Shown piece after piece: positions 8,081 through 18,873 of a DNA stretch of 39,382 nucleotides (the first letter of the stretch is position 1; every line of letters starts with the position of its first letter). Under the pieces are notes generated by a model, which saw only the letters and a program-made list of their open reading frames with translations, had not been told where the DNA came from and searched no databases. Source of the stretch: Candidatus Aminicenantales bacterium (lineage in GTDB: Bacteria; Acidobacteriota; Aminicenantia; Aminicenantales; UBA4085); NCBI GenBank assembly GCA_049515535.1, contig JBEKTZ010000014.1, positions 62,001-101,382 of the forward strand. Direction: 5' to 3'. Position numbers and translations under genes: made by a program.

Positions 8081-8110
8081 TTCACGCCGAGTCTCCGCTT
8101 TTGTTATAAT
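8081..8110 (+). promoter_or_regulatory. Sigma70-type promoter immediately before the M1 peptidase start
   Basis: TTCACG-N18-TATAAT with extended TG; ATG 9 nt downstream. Confidence 0.6.
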
Positions 8111-8119
8111 AAAGTAGCC

Positions 8120-10732
8120 ATGGGAAATCTCCGCAGGGTCTTTTGGGGATGCGCCGCGGCCCTGAGCTTGAGTCTTTCGCTTTCCGGCCAGACCATCGAC
8201 GATCTTTTCGATCGGCTCCAAAAATCATTCGCCGCCAGGGACCTGGCGTCCTACACGAGTGCTTTTGTCCCGAACCTTCGGGAGCGGGAGGGCGCCGCGG
8301 CGTCCGCCTTCATGAACGCCTGGAAAATGAACAAAGTCCTCATTCATCGCTCGAACTTGGCGACCGAACAAGAGGCCGATACCGGCCTCTATCTCCAGGT
8401 CTTGTACCAGAATGAGTTTTCCGCGATGCTGGAAAAGTGGCATATCTGGCTCCAAGAAACGGAGGACCGCTGGCTCATCCAGAAAAAAGAGGTGACCGGA
8501 AATATCACCTCCCTTTTCAAGATCCGCATTCCTTCGGCGCGGGTCGAGCGGGCCGAGTTCGTCGAGATCAGGCATGAAGACATACGCGTCACGTTCGAGA
8601 ACGCCTGGGTTTTCTACGACAACATCCCGGACATGGAAATCGCCCTGCTGGTGATCGGCAAGGGGCGGCTCCATTTCTCGCCCTCAAACGAAACGGAAAA
8701 GCATCAGCTCGAATTGAGGTACAAGAAGAATTTCCTCGACGAGGCGTTGGAGCATGGCTATTTTCGTTTTTCCGACGCTTTCTTCCAGAGCCATATCACC
8801 ATCAAGAAGGCTTCTCCGGACGGGACTCCGCCCCTGTCTCCGGCGGAATCGAGCGAGGCGGCCGCGCTTTTCAAAAAATATTATCCGGCTTCGTTCACCA
8901 TCGAGAACTCCCTGACGAACGATCTCTTGTCGTTCGCCCCGCGGGGCGAACAAGCCGTCTTTGAGTTGAAGGGAAAAAAGACCGGCGATCTGGCTTATAT
9001 CTATTCCCCGTTTTCCGAGGATGAGATCCATCTCATCAAACGGGAGCCCGAACAGGTCATCAACCTCTATTCCCCCGAAAAGAAGGGCGAGGAGGGGTTG
9101 AAGTCCATGTTCGTGTCGTTCGGGGAGAGATTCGACGTCCGGCGTTGCGATCTCGAAGTGGATTTCCAGCCGGACAAGCTCTATCTCTCGGCCCGGGCCA
9201 GGGTCGAGGTTGCGGCCCAGATCGACGCCGTCGATAACCTCAGATTCAATTTCAACCCCGGCTTCGAAATCCTGCGTATATTCGACCAGGAGGGCCGCGA
9301 GCTCTTTTATGCCCAGGACAAGCCCCGCGAACTCCTCTATATATATTTCGTCGACCCGCTGGCGAAAGGCAGCGTGGAGACGGTCGATATCTATTACCGC
9401 GGAACGCTCAGCCCTTCCGGACAGACGCAGGACGTCGTCGCCGCCGGTCAATACAACGAATCGTTCTTCCTGATCCCCCCTCCCTTCGATACGTATCTTT
9501 ACAGCCAGTCGGCTTACTGGTATCCTGCGCCGCCCGAGGTCGATTATTTCCAGGCGAGCCTCAAGTTCAGCGTCCCCCCGGGATTCCTCTGCGTGGCCAA
9601 CGGAGAATTGGTCGAACAAGGAACGATCGATTCGATCCAGCGCGTATCGGCCCTTGATAAGGTGGGGAACGCGGTTTTCAGATTCGAGACGAAATTTCCC
9701 GTCAAATATTTGTCGTTCATCGTGGGAAAGTTCAATAAGATCGCGGTCGGAGATACCCTTGGTTCTCCCTTCATCCAAGGATATGCCTCCCCGGAGATCA
9801 GCGTCCAGCGGAGGGGCCTGCTCGGGGAGGCCCGGGCCATCGTCGAGAATTACGAAAAATGGTTCGGCCCGTTCCCTTATGAGAAATTGAGCGTCGTCCA
9901 GCGACTCTGGCCGATCAGCGGGGGACACAGCCCGGCCTCGTTCATTGTCCTCAATGAACTGCCGAGGACGCCCGACAGCCCGATCATCGTCAACAGCAAC
10001 AGCCCGGTCGACCTTTCGCGACGGAGAGAATATTATATCGCTCACGAAATCGCCCACCAGTGGTGGGGACAAGCTCTGGCGTGGGAGCGCTATCGCGACC
10101 AATGGCTCAGCGAAGGCCTGGCCCAGTTCGCCTCCGCGTATTATCTCAAGACCAAGCTGGGCGACCGCACGTATGCCGCCATTTTGAAAAAGTTCGCGCA
10201 ATGGACGGAACGGAAAGCCGACTGCGGTCCGATCACCCTGGGCTCGCGGTTGAGCTATCTGGATTTCGACGCGTATCAAGCGATCGTATACGACAAGTCC
10301 GCGCTGGCGCTCAACATGCTTCTGGATTTGCTCGGCGAAGAGACATTTTTCAAGGGCCTTAGGGGATTTTTCGAGAAATACAAGTACCGCTCGGCCCGAA
10401 CCCCCAACTTCATCCGTAGCATGGAAGAGGCCGCCGGCCGTGATCTCCAGCCGTTCTTCAAAGGTTGGTTCGATTTGCATATCCTACCCGAGGTCCATGT
10501 CGCGACCGATATCCAGAAGCAGGGCGACGATTTCGTCCTCAAAATCCGGGTCAATCAGACCCGGGACGTTTTTGTCTTTCCGCTCTGGGTCGAATGGCGG
10601 GAGAATGACACGGCGATCCGCCGAAAGTTGGACATCAGCTCGGCCACCCAGGAATTTGAAATTCGGACGAAAATCCGGCCGGCCAGGATCAGGATCAATC
10701 CCGACAAATTCGTCCCCGGGGATTTTCATTAA
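8120..10732 (+). CDS. Secreted M1-family (gluzincin) zinc metallopeptidase with an N-terminal extension
   Basis: HEIAH-x18-E (AHEIAHQWWG...WLSEGLA) and distal VYDK tyrosine. Signal-peptide-like start MGNLRRVFWGCAAALSLSLSLSG. Start moved from 8075 to ATG 8120. Confidence 0.85.
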   Translation: MGNLRRVFWGCAAALSLSLSLSGQTIDDLFDRLQKSFAARDLASYTSAFVPNLREREGAAASAFMNAWKMNKVLIHRSNLATEQEADTGLYLQVLYQNEFSAMLEKWHIWLQETEDRWLIQKKEVTGNITSLFKIRIPSARVERAEFVEIRHEDIRVTFENAWVFYDNIPDMEIALLVIGKGRLHFSPSNETEKHQLELRYKKNFLDEALEHGYFRFSDAFFQSHITIKKASPDGTPPLSPAESSEAAALFKKYYPASFTIENSLTNDLLSFAPRGEQAVFELKGKKTGDLAYIYSPFSEDEIHLIKREPEQVINLYSPEKKGEEGLKSMFVSFGERFDVRRCDLEVDFQPDKLYLSARARVEVAAQIDAVDNLRFNFNPGFEILRIFDQEGRELFYAQDKPRELLYIYFVDPLAKGSVETVDIYYRGTLSPSGQTQDVVAAGQYNESFFLIPPPFDTYLYSQSAYWYPAPPEVDYFQASLKFSVPPGFLCVANGELVEQGTIDSIQRVSALDKVGNAVFRFETKFPVKYLSFIVGKFNKIAVGDTLGSPFIQGYASPEISVQRRGLLGEARAIVENYEKWFGPFPYEKLSVVQRLWPISGGHSPASFIVLNELPRTPDSPIIVNSNSPVDLSRRREYYIAHEIAHQWWGQALAWERYRDQWLSEGLAQFASAYYLKTKLGDRTYAAILKKFAQWTERKADCGPITLGSRLSYLDFDAYQAIVYDKSALALNMLLDLLGEETFFKGLRGFFEKYKYRSARTPNFIRSMEEAAGRDLQPFFKGWFDLHILPEVHVATDIQKQGDDFVLKIRVNQTRDVFVFPLWVEWRENDTAIRRKLDISSATQEFEIRTKIRPARIRINPDKFVPGDFH

Positions 10733-10819
10733 GAATTCATCCGGACGGTTTTTCCCCCATCGTGCTCATGATCGCGGCCCCTCCGCCGCGCGCCGATCCG
10801 AAAAGGCCGCGAATAACCA

Positions 10820-10849
10820 TTGACAAGGATTCGCGCCGGGGACTATCTT
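10820..10849 (+). promoter_or_regulatory. Sigma70-type promoter of the NtrC-family regulator
   Basis: TTGACA-N18-TATCTT. Confidence 0.55.
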
Positions 10850-10874
10850 TTAGGGAGGAGATCCAAGGACGGCC

Positions 10875-12260
10875 GTGGCGTTGAATAGACATAATAATTC
10901 CCAAGATGACGAGCGCGTATTCCCGGTTCCCCTGAATATTCTGATCGTCGACGACGAAGTCAACATTCGTAAGACCTTGTCCGTCTGCCTCGAGACGGAC
11001 GGCCATAGGATTGTCGCGGTCAGCAATTCCAGGGATGCTGTGGCGGAGGCCTCGCGGAGGTCCCTGGATCTTGCGTTCGTGGATTTGCGGCTGGGCACGG
11101 AGGATGGGCTGGATTTGATCCCGGTTTTGTTGGCCGTGGCACCCGGCCTGAAGATCATCGTCATCACCGCCTATGCCTCTATCGATACGGCCGTCGAAGC
11201 CATGCGGCGCGGGGCGACCGATTACATCCCAAAGCCGTTCGCTCCGGCCCAAATCAAACTGGCCGTCCGCAAGATCTTCGAGATGCGAAGCCTGGAACAG
11301 CGGGTCGCCACGCTTCAGGAGGACCTTGGACGGACGCATCCGGAGATCGATTTCGTGAGCGCCAATCCGCTGATGCAACGAGCCGTGAGCCTCGCCCGTC
11401 AAGCGGCTTCTTCCGAGGCCACCATCCTTCTCCGCGGGGAAAGCGGAACCGGAAAGACGGTCCTCGCCCGGGCCATTCATGCCTGGAGCCATCGGGCGAC
11501 GAAACCGATCGGTATCGTCTCCTGTCCCTCGTTTTCCTCCGAGCTTCTTGAAAGCGAGCTTTTCGGGCACGTAAAAGGGGCTTTCACGGGAGCCGTTCGC
11601 GACAATTCCGGCCGGATCGCCGCCTGCGAGGGAGGGACGCTGTTTATGGACGAAATCAGCGATCTGCCTCTATCTCTTCAGCCGAAATTGTTGCGGTTCG
11701 TCCAGGACAAGGAATATGAGCGCGTCGGCGACGGCCAGACCCGAAAGGCCGACGTGCGGCTCATCGCGGCCACGAACGTGGACCTCGAAGAGGCCGTCAA
11801 GGAAGGGCGATTTCGAGAGGACCTGTTTCACCGATTGAACGTCATTCCGATCGAAATCCCGCCGCTGCGTCTGCGTCCGGATGATGTGGCCGCGCTCGCG
11901 GAACGGCTCCTCGCTTTCCATGCCCGGAATAATCACCGGTCATTTGGGGGGTTCACGAGCGAGGCCATTCAAGCGCTCGGCCGATACGCGTGGCCGGGCA
12001 ACGTCCGCGAATTGAGCAACGTCATCGAACGGGCCGCCATCCTCTGCCGGTCGCATCTTATCGGTCGCGAATGCCTCCCGGCCAATTTGCTGTCGAGCGA
12101 CATCCAGCCGAACATCGGCGATTCGGTGAGCCTGGAAAAGATCGAAGAACAACATATCCGGCGCGTGCTGGCTACGGCGAAATCCCTGCAGGAGGCGGCG
12201 GACATTCTCGGCATCGATCAGGCCACCCTGTGGCGTCGGCGGAAAATCTATGGAATATAG
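10875..12260 (+). CDS. Sigma54-dependent response regulator (REC-AAA+-Fis HTH; NtrC/AlgB-like), probable kdp activator
   Basis: ILIVDDE, phosphoacceptor in AFVDLRL, GESGTGKT, ESELFGHVKGAFTGA, WPGNVREL, C-terminal HTH. Exact start uncertain. Confidence 0.93.
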   Translation: MALNRHNNSQDDERVFPVPLNILIVDDEVNIRKTLSVCLETDGHRIVAVSNSRDAVAEASRRSLDLAFVDLRLGTEDGLDLIPVLLAVAPGLKIIVITAYASIDTAVEAMRRGATDYIPKPFAPAQIKLAVRKIFEMRSLEQRVATLQEDLGRTHPEIDFVSANPLMQRAVSLARQAASSEATILLRGESGTGKTVLARAIHAWSHRATKPIGIVSCPSFSSELLESELFGHVKGAFTGAVRDNSGRIAACEGGTLFMDEISDLPLSLQPKLLRFVQDKEYERVGDGQTRKADVRLIAATNVDLEEAVKEGRFREDLFHRLNVIPIEIPPLRLRPDDVAALAERLLAFHARNNHRSFGGFTSEAIQALGRYAWPGNVRELSNVIERAAILCRSHLIGRECLPANLLSSDIQPNIGDSVSLEKIEEQHIRRVLATAKSLQEAADILGIDQATLWRRRKIYGI

Positions 12261-12304
12261 GCCCTGACGGAGCCCTGCCCCTTCTCTTCTGAACGCCGTT
12301 CGCC

Positions 12305-12429
12305 TTGCGAATTGCAATGCATTTTCACCTATTGTCTTGAGATCTGCAAAACGCGAAAAAGACGGGATGACGTTAAAATATTCATTATCAATTGGATAGC
12401 TCCTAATTTCTTTTGGCATGTCTTTTGCA
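12305..12429 (+). promoter_or_regulatory. Sigma54 promoter with candidate upstream activator sites for the kinase-kdp operon
   Basis: TGGCATG-TCTT-TTGCA at 12414-12429 (GG-N10-GC). Near-palindrome TTGCGAATTGCAA at 12305-12317 and related TGCAAAACGCG at 12345-12355. SD AGGAG at 12442. Confidence 0.8.
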
Positions 12430-12452
12430 ATCATTAATGACAGGAGAAAAGC

Positions 12453-14294
12453 ATGTTAGGACTCCGGCAAAAATTGTCTCTGGCTTTTGGTGTGCTTTTG
12501 ATCATCATGGTAGTCATTGGCGTTCAGAGCATCCTGTATTTGACAACACTGGGCGAATCCATCGACGTAATCCTGAGGGAAAATTACCGGAGCGTCATCG
12601 CCTGCCAGCAAATGAAGGAAGCCTTGGAACGCATCGACAGCGGGCTGCTCTTTACGCTTCTCGGCGACACGATGAGCGGGACGGAACTGATCCTGACCAA
12701 TGAAGGGGTTTTCGAGAAAGCGCTCCAGGTCGAGCTGAACACCATCACCCTTCCGGGAGAAGGAGAGAAAGCCGCCCATCTTCGGGATCTTTTCGGCCGT
12801 TATGAAGCCGCGCTCAAGAGCGTCCGGGATCCGGGGGCGCCGATCCGCGAGCGCCATGACGCCTATTTCACCGTCCTGTTTCCGTTGTTCGGGCAGATCA
12901 AAAACACGGCGGATGACATTCTCCAAATGAACCAGACGAACATGAGCGACGCCAACGATCAGGCCCGCGGGAGCGCCGCCGCGGCTCGACGACAGATGAT
13001 CGTTTTGCTGTTCGCCGGAACGGCCATCGCCGTGGGATTCGTGTTTTTCACGGGGACGGCGATCCTCCGTCCCATCCGGAGCCTTATCCAATCCACCGAC
13101 GAGATCCGGCAGGGCCATCTCGACCTTGTCGTTCCCATCCGTTCTCAGGATGAGATCGGACATCTTTCCCAATCGTTCAACGATATGGCCGCGAGCCTCC
13201 GGGAATTCCGGCGAACCGATCAGGCCAAGCTCATGCGCATTCAGCGCGCCACCCAAGAAGCCTTTGACAGCCTTCCCGATGCCGTCGCCGTCATCGATCC
13301 GGAGGGAAAAGTGGAAGTCGCCACGGAATTGGCCAAAACGGTCTTTGGACTGAGGCCGAATACCATGATTTTTGAATTGCCTTTCGAATGGATGGCCGAT
13401 CTTTTCCGAGGGGCGCTCAAAGACAGCCGGTCGACGTTCCTCAAGGGCCGCGACGTGATTCAACAATTCGTGCAAGGAGAAGAACATTACTTCTGCCCTG
13501 AAGCCGTGCCTATTTTGGATCGCGAACGGCTGGCGACGGGCGTTGTCCTGGTCCTCCAGGACGTCACCCAGCTTCAGCAGCAGGACGAGATCAAAAGGAG
13601 CGTGATCCGGACCGTGTCGCATCAGCTCAGAACTCCCCTGACATCCATTCGTATGGCGATCCATCTCCTGCTGGAAGAGAACGTCGGTCCTCTGACGGAG
13701 AAACAAGCCGAACTCTTAATCGCGGCCAGGGAGGACAGCGACAACCTCCACGGCATCTTGAACAACCTTTTGGACATCAGCCGGATGGAATCCGGGAAAG
13801 CCCCCTTGGAATTTCAATCCCTTTCACCCCAATCGCTGGCGATGGACGCTCTCGAACCCTATCGCCGCACCGCCCAAGACCAGGAAATCACATTGAACGT
13901 CGAACTCCGCGGAAATCTCCCCGATGTCTGGGTGGACAGGGCGCGGATCAGCCACGTTTTCGGCAATTTGCTCTCGAACGCCCTGAGGTATACGCCTCCC
14001 GGCGGGAGAATCGTCGTTGCCGCCAGGGCCGAGGAGGAGATGGTGCGCTTCTCCATCGCCGATTCGGGAGTCGGGATCCCCAGCCAGTACCTTCCTCGTG
14101 TTTTCGATCCGTTCTTCCGCGTTCCCGACCGGGACATCGAGACCGGCGCGGGACTCGGCCTGGCCATCGCCAAGGAGATCGTCGAGGCGCATGGCGGCGT
14201 GATGGCCGTGGAAAGCGAGGAAGGAAAGGGCGCCACGTTCATTTTCAAGCTCAAAAGGGCCGACCGGATCTCCAAAGAGGAGGAGCCAACGTGA
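12453..14294 (+). CDS. Membrane sensor histidine kinase (helical periplasmic domain, HAMP, PAS, HisKA, HATPase; KinB-like)
   Basis: Two TM helices, DEIGHLSQSFNDM HAMP, SHQLRTPLTSI H-box, NLLSNALRYT, DSGVGI, GAGLGLAI. Confidence 0.93.
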   Translation: MLGLRQKLSLAFGVLLIIMVVIGVQSILYLTTLGESIDVILRENYRSVIACQQMKEALERIDSGLLFTLLGDTMSGTELILTNEGVFEKALQVELNTITLPGEGEKAAHLRDLFGRYEAALKSVRDPGAPIRERHDAYFTVLFPLFGQIKNTADDILQMNQTNMSDANDQARGSAAAARRQMIVLLFAGTAIAVGFVFFTGTAILRPIRSLIQSTDEIRQGHLDLVVPIRSQDEIGHLSQSFNDMAASLREFRRTDQAKLMRIQRATQEAFDSLPDAVAVIDPEGKVEVATELAKTVFGLRPNTMIFELPFEWMADLFRGALKDSRSTFLKGRDVIQQFVQGEEHYFCPEAVPILDRERLATGVVLVLQDVTQLQQQDEIKRSVIRTVSHQLRTPLTSIRMAIHLLLEENVGPLTEKQAELLIAAREDSDNLHGILNNLLDISRMESGKAPLEFQSLSPQSLAMDALEPYRRTAQDQEITLNVELRGNLPDVWVDRARISHVFGNLLSNALRYTPPGGRIVVAARAEEEMVRFSIADSGVGIPSQYLPRVFDPFFRVPDRDIETGAGLGLAIAKEIVEAHGGVMAVESEEGKGATFIFKLKRADRISKEEEPT

Positions 14295-14374
14295 TCGATG
14301 GAATTTTCATTATCGTCGTCATCGTCTTTTTCTGGGCGTGCGATAGGTATGCCCGCGCCTGCGAACGGCTGTGA
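14291..14374 (+). CDS. 27-aa hydrophobic peptide upstream of kdpF (kdp-associated small membrane protein)
   Basis: Not in the ORF track. GTG overlaps the kinase TGA; SD GAGGAGGAG; MIDGIFIIVVIVFFWACDRYARACERL. Confidence 0.7.
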   Translation: MIDGIFIIVVIVFFWACDRYARACERL

Positions 14375-14378
14375 TGAA

Positions 14379-14462
14379 ATGAGCGATATCCTGGGAATCA
14401 TCATCGGTCTCCTGTTGATCGTTTATATGTTCGTCTCGGTCCTGCGGCCTGAAAAATTCTGA
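14379..14462 (+). CDS. kdpF: K+-transporting ATPase subunit F
   Basis: Not in the ORF track. MSDILGIIIGLLLIVYMFVSVLRPEKF: single TM with the Y...L-RPEKF KdpF signature, directly before kdpA. Confidence 0.9.
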   Translation: MSDILGIIIGLLLIVYMFVSVLRPEKF

Positions 14463-14477
14463 TCGAGGAAATTGACC

Positions 14478-16223
14478 ATGGATATATTCGGCTGGATTCA
14501 ACTGTGCCTCTTCATGGGGATCCTTCTACTTCTCACGAAACCGGTCGGTCTCTACCTCGTCCGAGTTCTGGAAATCGATGGAAAAACGATTCTCGATCCC
14601 GCCCTAAAACCGGTCGAACGGCTGTTTTATCGTCTCTGCGGCGTGGATCCCCATAAGGAGCAGAGCTGGAAGCAGTACACTCGGTCCCTTCTCGTTTTCA
14701 GCCTTGCCGGCCTCTTATTCACGTATGCCGTCCTCAGGCTCCAACACATTCTTCCCTTGAATCCCCAGAAGTTCGGGCCCCTCAGCCCCGATCTGGCGTT
14801 CAATACGGCCGCCAGTTTCACGACTAACACGAACTGGCAGAATTATGCGGGAGAGTCCACTCTGTCGTATTTCTCTCAAATGGTCGGGCTTGTTTTCCAT
14901 AATTTCATCTCGGCGGCCGTCGGCATCGCCGCGGCGGCGGCCCTGGTGCGCGGCATCGCCCGCCATTCGGCCAAGACCCTCGGGAATTTCTGGGCCGACC
15001 TTGTCCGGATAAACCTTTATCTTCTGCTGCCGATCTGCCTCGTCTTCTCCCTCTTCCTCGTGTCCCAGGGCGTCGTCCAGAACTTCAAACCCTATGACAA
15101 AGCCCGGTCGGTCGAGACTTCGGCCGCTCAAAGCGGGGACCCGGGCGCCGCGCGGCAAACCATCGCCCAGGGTCCGGCGGCTTCGCAGGTCGCCATCAAG
15201 ATGCTGGGGACGAACGGCGGCGGATTTTTCAACGCCAATGCCGCCCATCCCTATGAAAATCCGACCCCGCTTTCCAACTTCCTCCAAATGCTCTCCATTT
15301 TCCTCGTCCCGAGCGGCCTGACGTTTTATTTCGGCCGAATGGTCAAGAACCGGAAGCACGGCTGGGCCGTCTGGAGCGCCATGGCGATCCTCTTTCTCGC
15401 CGGGATACTGGTTTGCTGGCGGGCTGAAAGCGCCGGCAATCCCCGCTGGCGCGCCCTGGGCGTGGATCCCGCGTCCGGGAACATGGAAGGAAAGGAAGTC
15501 CGGTTCGGCATTTTCAATTCTTCCTTGTTCGCTTCGGTCACGACCGCGGCTTCCTGCGGGGCGGTGAATTCCATGCACGATTCTTTCACGCCGATCGGAG
15601 GGTTGGTTCCCCTGTTCAACATCCAATTGGGCGAGGTCGTGTTCGGCGGCGTCGGTTCGGGACTGTACGGAATGATCATTTTCGCGGTGCTGGCGGTATT
15701 TCTGACCGGCCTGATGGTCGGCCGAACGCCCGAGTATCTAGGCAAGAAGATTGAAGCCTACGACGTCAAAGTCAGCGTCCTCTCTTTGCTCGTCATGATT
15801 TTTTGCATTCTCGGCTTTTCCGCTTGGGCCCTGGCGAGCCCGCGGGGCGTCGCCGGCCTGAACAATGCCGGACCACACGGCTTGAGTGAAATCCTTTATG
15901 CCTTTTCCTCCGGCGCGGGAAACAACGGCAGCGCCTTTGCGGGTTTGAACGCGAACACCCCGTGGTTCAATGTCACGCTGGGTCTGGACATGTTGTTCGG
16001 CCGTTTCGTCATGTTGGTGCCGATCCTGGCCCTGGCCGGAAACCTGGGCAGAAAGAAATCGGTTCCGCCGAGCGAGGCGAGCTTTCCGGTCAGCGGGCCG
16101 ATGTTCATTATCATCCTGATCGGGACGGTTGTGATTGTCGGGGCGCTCACGTATTTACCCGCGCTCGCCCTCGGCCCGATCGTCGAACATTTATTGATGA
16201 CGGGATCGGGTGTTTCATTCTAG
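14478..16223 (+). CDS. kdpA: K+-transporting ATPase subunit A
   Basis: [52 protein letters not shown] 14478 has an SD. Confidence 0.97.
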   Translation: MDIFGWIQLCLFMGILLLLTKPVGLYLVRVLEIDGKTILDPALKPVERLFYRLCGVDPHKEQSWKQYTRSLLVFSLAGLLFTYAVLRLQHILPLNPQKFGPLSPDLAFNTAASFTTNTNWQNYAGESTLSYFSQMVGLVFHNFISAAVGIAAAAALVRGIARHSAKTLGNFWADLVRINLYLLLPICLVFSLFLVSQGVVQNFKPYDKARSVETSAAQSGDPGAARQTIAQGPAASQVAIKMLGTNGGGFFNANAAHPYENPTPLSNFLQMLSIFLVPSGLTFYFGRMVKNRKHGWAVWSAMAILFLAGILVCWRAESAGNPRWRALGVDPASGNMEGKEVRFGIFNSSLFASVTTAASCGAVNSMHDSFTPIGGLVPLFNIQLGEVVFGGVGSGLYGMIIFAVLAVFLTGLMVGRTPEYLGKKIEAYDVKVSVLSLLVMIFCILGFSAWALASPRGVAGLNNAGPHGLSEILYAFSSGAGNNGSAFAGLNANTPWFNVTLGLDMLFGRFVMLVPILALAGNLGRKKSVPPSEASFPVSGPMFIIILIGTVVIVGALTYLPALALGPIVEHLLMTGSGVSF

Positions 16224-16236
16224 AGGAGGACAAACC

Positions 16237-18258
16237 ATGCCCGCGACCGCGCATTCTCTTTGGGATCGCCGGATCCTGGCCCGGGCGGTGGTCGAGTCTT
16301 TTAAGAAGCTGAATCCCGCAAGCCTAATGAAAAATCCCGTCATTTTCGTAACCGAAGTCGGAGCGGGCGTTACCACGCTTGGGCTTTTTTTCGCCTCCAA
16401 GCACGAATCCGCCGGCTTTGCCTTGCAGATCAGCCTTTGGCTGTGGTTCACCGTGCTCTTCGCCAATTTCGCGGAAGCGATGGCCGAGGGCCGGGGCAAG
16501 GCCCAGGCCGATGAGCTCCGCAAGACGCGGACCCGGACCGTCGCCAACCGCCTCAAGGATGGCGGATCGGTCGAACAAGTTCCGGCGGAGCACCTCCGCA
16601 AGGGCGATCTCGTTCTCGTTTCCGCGGGCGAGATCATCCCCTCGGACGGCGATATCATCGAAGGCGCGGCCACGGTGGACGAGTCCGCTATCACCGGCGA
16701 GTCCGCGCCCGTCATCCGCGAGGCGGGAGGGGACCGGAGCGCCGTCACCGGCGGGACGAGGGTCCTTTCCGACCGGATCAAGGTCCTCATCACCGCCGAG
16801 CCGGGAAAAAGCTTCATGGATCGCATGATCCGCCTCGTCGAAGGAGCCGAACGCCAGAAGACCCCCAACGAGATCGCCCTGACGATTCTCCTCTCGGCCC
16901 TGACGATCATTTTCCTTGTTGTCGTCATGACCCTCAAGCCCTTCGGCTCGTTCTCCGGCGTCACGCTGACGACGACCGTGCTCGTGGCCCTGCTCGTCTG
17001 CTTGATACCCACCACGATCGGCGGCCTTCTCAATGCCATAGGCATCGCGGGCATCGATCGCATGGTCCAGAAAAACGTCCTGGCGATGAGCGGCCGCGCG
17101 GTCGAAGCGGCGGGCGACGTGGATGTCCTGCTTCTCGACAAGACAGGGACCATCACCTTGGGGAACCGTCAGGCCACGGCATTTCTTCCGGCTCCGGGAG
17201 TGACCGTCGACGCGTTGGCCAATGCCGCGCAATTGGCCTCTCTTGCCGATGAAACCCCAGAGGGACGGAGCATCGTGGTCCTGGCGAAGAAATACGGCCT
17301 GCGGGGCCGATCCATCTCCGAGATGCCGGGCGCGGTCTTCATCGCCTTTTCCGCGACGACGAGGATGAGCGGCGTGGATATTGACGGCCGGAGAATCCGG
17401 AAGGGGGCGCCCGATGCGATTCGGGCCTTCACCGGCAGCGACTTCTCCCTCGAAATCCACGACGCGGTCAACCTTATCGCCTTCTCCGGAGGAACGCCGC
17501 TTCTGGTCGCCGACGACGCCAAGATTCTGGGCGCCGTTCATCTGAAGGATATCGTCAAAGGCGGGCTCAAGGACCGGTTCGAGCGATTCCGGGCCATGGG
17601 GATCAAAACGGTCATGATCACCGGCGACAACCGGCTCACGGCCGCCGCGATCGCGCGGGAAGCCGGCGTCGACGATTTCGTGGCCGAAGCCAAGCCCGAA
17701 GATAAACTGACCCTGATCCGAACCGAACAAGCTTCCGGACACCTCGTGGCCATGACCGGGGACGGGACCAACGATGCCCCGGCCCTGGCCCAGGCCGACG
17801 TGGGCGTGGCCATGAACACGGGAACGCAAGCCGCCAAGGAAGCCGGCAATATGGTGGACCTCGACTCCAACCCCACGAAACTGATCGAGGTCGTCGAGAT
17901 CGGCAAGCAAATGCTTATCACCCGGGGGGCCTTGACGACGTTCAGCATCGCCAACGACGTGGCCAAATACTTCGCCATCATTCCGGCGATGCTGGTCGGC
18001 GTTTTCCCGGTCATCGCCCCTCTCAATATCATGGGCCTTCGCTCGCCGCTGAGCGCCGTCTTGAGCGCCGTCATTTTCAACGCGCTCATCATCGTCCTCC
18101 TGATTCCCCTGGCGCTCCGCGGCGTGAGATTCCGTCCCATGGGAGCGGCCGCCTTGCTCCGGCGGAATCTCCTGATCTACGGGCTGGGCGGCCTCATCGC
18201 GCCGTTTCCGGGAATCAAGCTGGTTGATATGCTGGTGAACGCGCTCCATCTCATTTAA
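16237..18258 (+). CDS. kdpB: K+-transporting ATPase subunit B (P-type ATPase)
   Basis: [40 protein letters not shown] 16237 follows GAGGAGG. Confidence 0.97.
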   Translation: MPATAHSLWDRRILARAVVESFKKLNPASLMKNPVIFVTEVGAGVTTLGLFFASKHESAGFALQISLWLWFTVLFANFAEAMAEGRGKAQADELRKTRTRTVANRLKDGGSVEQVPAEHLRKGDLVLVSAGEIIPSDGDIIEGAATVDESAITGESAPVIREAGGDRSAVTGGTRVLSDRIKVLITAEPGKSFMDRMIRLVEGAERQKTPNEIALTILLSALTIIFLVVVMTLKPFGSFSGVTLTTTVLVALLVCLIPTTIGGLLNAIGIAGIDRMVQKNVLAMSGRAVEAAGDVDVLLLDKTGTITLGNRQATAFLPAPGVTVDALANAAQLASLADETPEGRSIVVLAKKYGLRGRSISEMPGAVFIAFSATTRMSGVDIDGRRIRKGAPDAIRAFTGSDFSLEIHDAVNLIAFSGGTPLLVADDAKILGAVHLKDIVKGGLKDRFERFRAMGIKTVMITGDNRLTAAAIAREAGVDDFVAEAKPEDKLTLIRTEQASGHLVAMTGDGTNDAPALAQADVGVAMNTGTQAAKEAGNMVDLDSNPTKLIEVVEIGKQMLITRGALTTFSIANDVAKYFAIIPAMLVGVFPVIAPLNIMGLRSPLSAVLSAVIFNALIIVLLIPLALRGVRFRPMGAAALLRRNLLIYGLGGLIAPFPGIKLVDMLVNALHLI

Positions 18259-18279
18259 AATGGGAAAGGATGGACGGTT

Positions 18280-18873
18280 ATGAAGAACGGGATATCGGAA
18301 CTTCGAGTCTCCATGCGGGCGGTTCTATCGCTGGCCATCCTTTTGTGCGGGATTTATCCCTTCACGATTTGGATCCTGGCCCAGGGCGTGTTTCCGGCCC
18401 GGGCCAACGGCTCCTTGATCGTTCAGGACGGAGAACTTGCGGGCTCGAGCCTTATCGGGCAGGGATTCGCCGGCGCGAAATACTTTCATTCCCGTCCGTC
18501 GGCCGCGGGACGGGGTTACGACGGCGCCGCTTCCGGGGGCAGCAATCTCGGACCCACATCGAAAAATCTTTTCGAAACGATTCGCCGGCGCGTCGCCGAA
18601 TACCGGGCGGAAAATGATCTTTCTCCCGACGTCCTTGTGCCCGCCGACGCCGTCACGGCTTCCGCCAGCGGCCTCGATCCCCACATTTCGGTCAAGAACG
18701 CTTCTCTGCAAGCCCCGCGCGTCGCGAAGGTCAGGGGTATCAGCGTAGCTTCCGTTATTAAATGTGTCGAAACTCATACGGAGGGCCGTGATTTGGGCGT
18801 CTTTGGGGAACCGCGCGTGAATGTCCTGATGTTGAACCTGGCTTTGGACGGAGTCTCGAATGCCGGAAGATAG
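18280..18873 (+). CDS. kdpC: K+-transporting ATPase subunit C
   Basis: ANGSLI, SLIGQ, YFHSRPSA, SGGSNLGP, DAVTASASGLDPHIS, GEPRVNVLMLNLALD. Confidence 0.96.
   Translation: MKNGISELRVSMRAVLSLAILLCGIYPFTIWILAQGVFPARANGSLIVQDGELAGSSLIGQGFAGAKYFHSRPSAAGRGYDGAASGGSNLGPTSKNLFETIRRRVAEYRAENDLSPDVLVPADAVTASASGLDPHISVKNASLQAPRVAKVRGISVASVIKCVETHTEGRDLGVFGEPRVNVLMLNLALDGVSNAGR

Noticed and set aside
8075..8119. ORF-track start of the peptidase at 8075
   Set aside because: The extension spans the promoter-like TATAAT, and the signal peptide fits a start at 8120.
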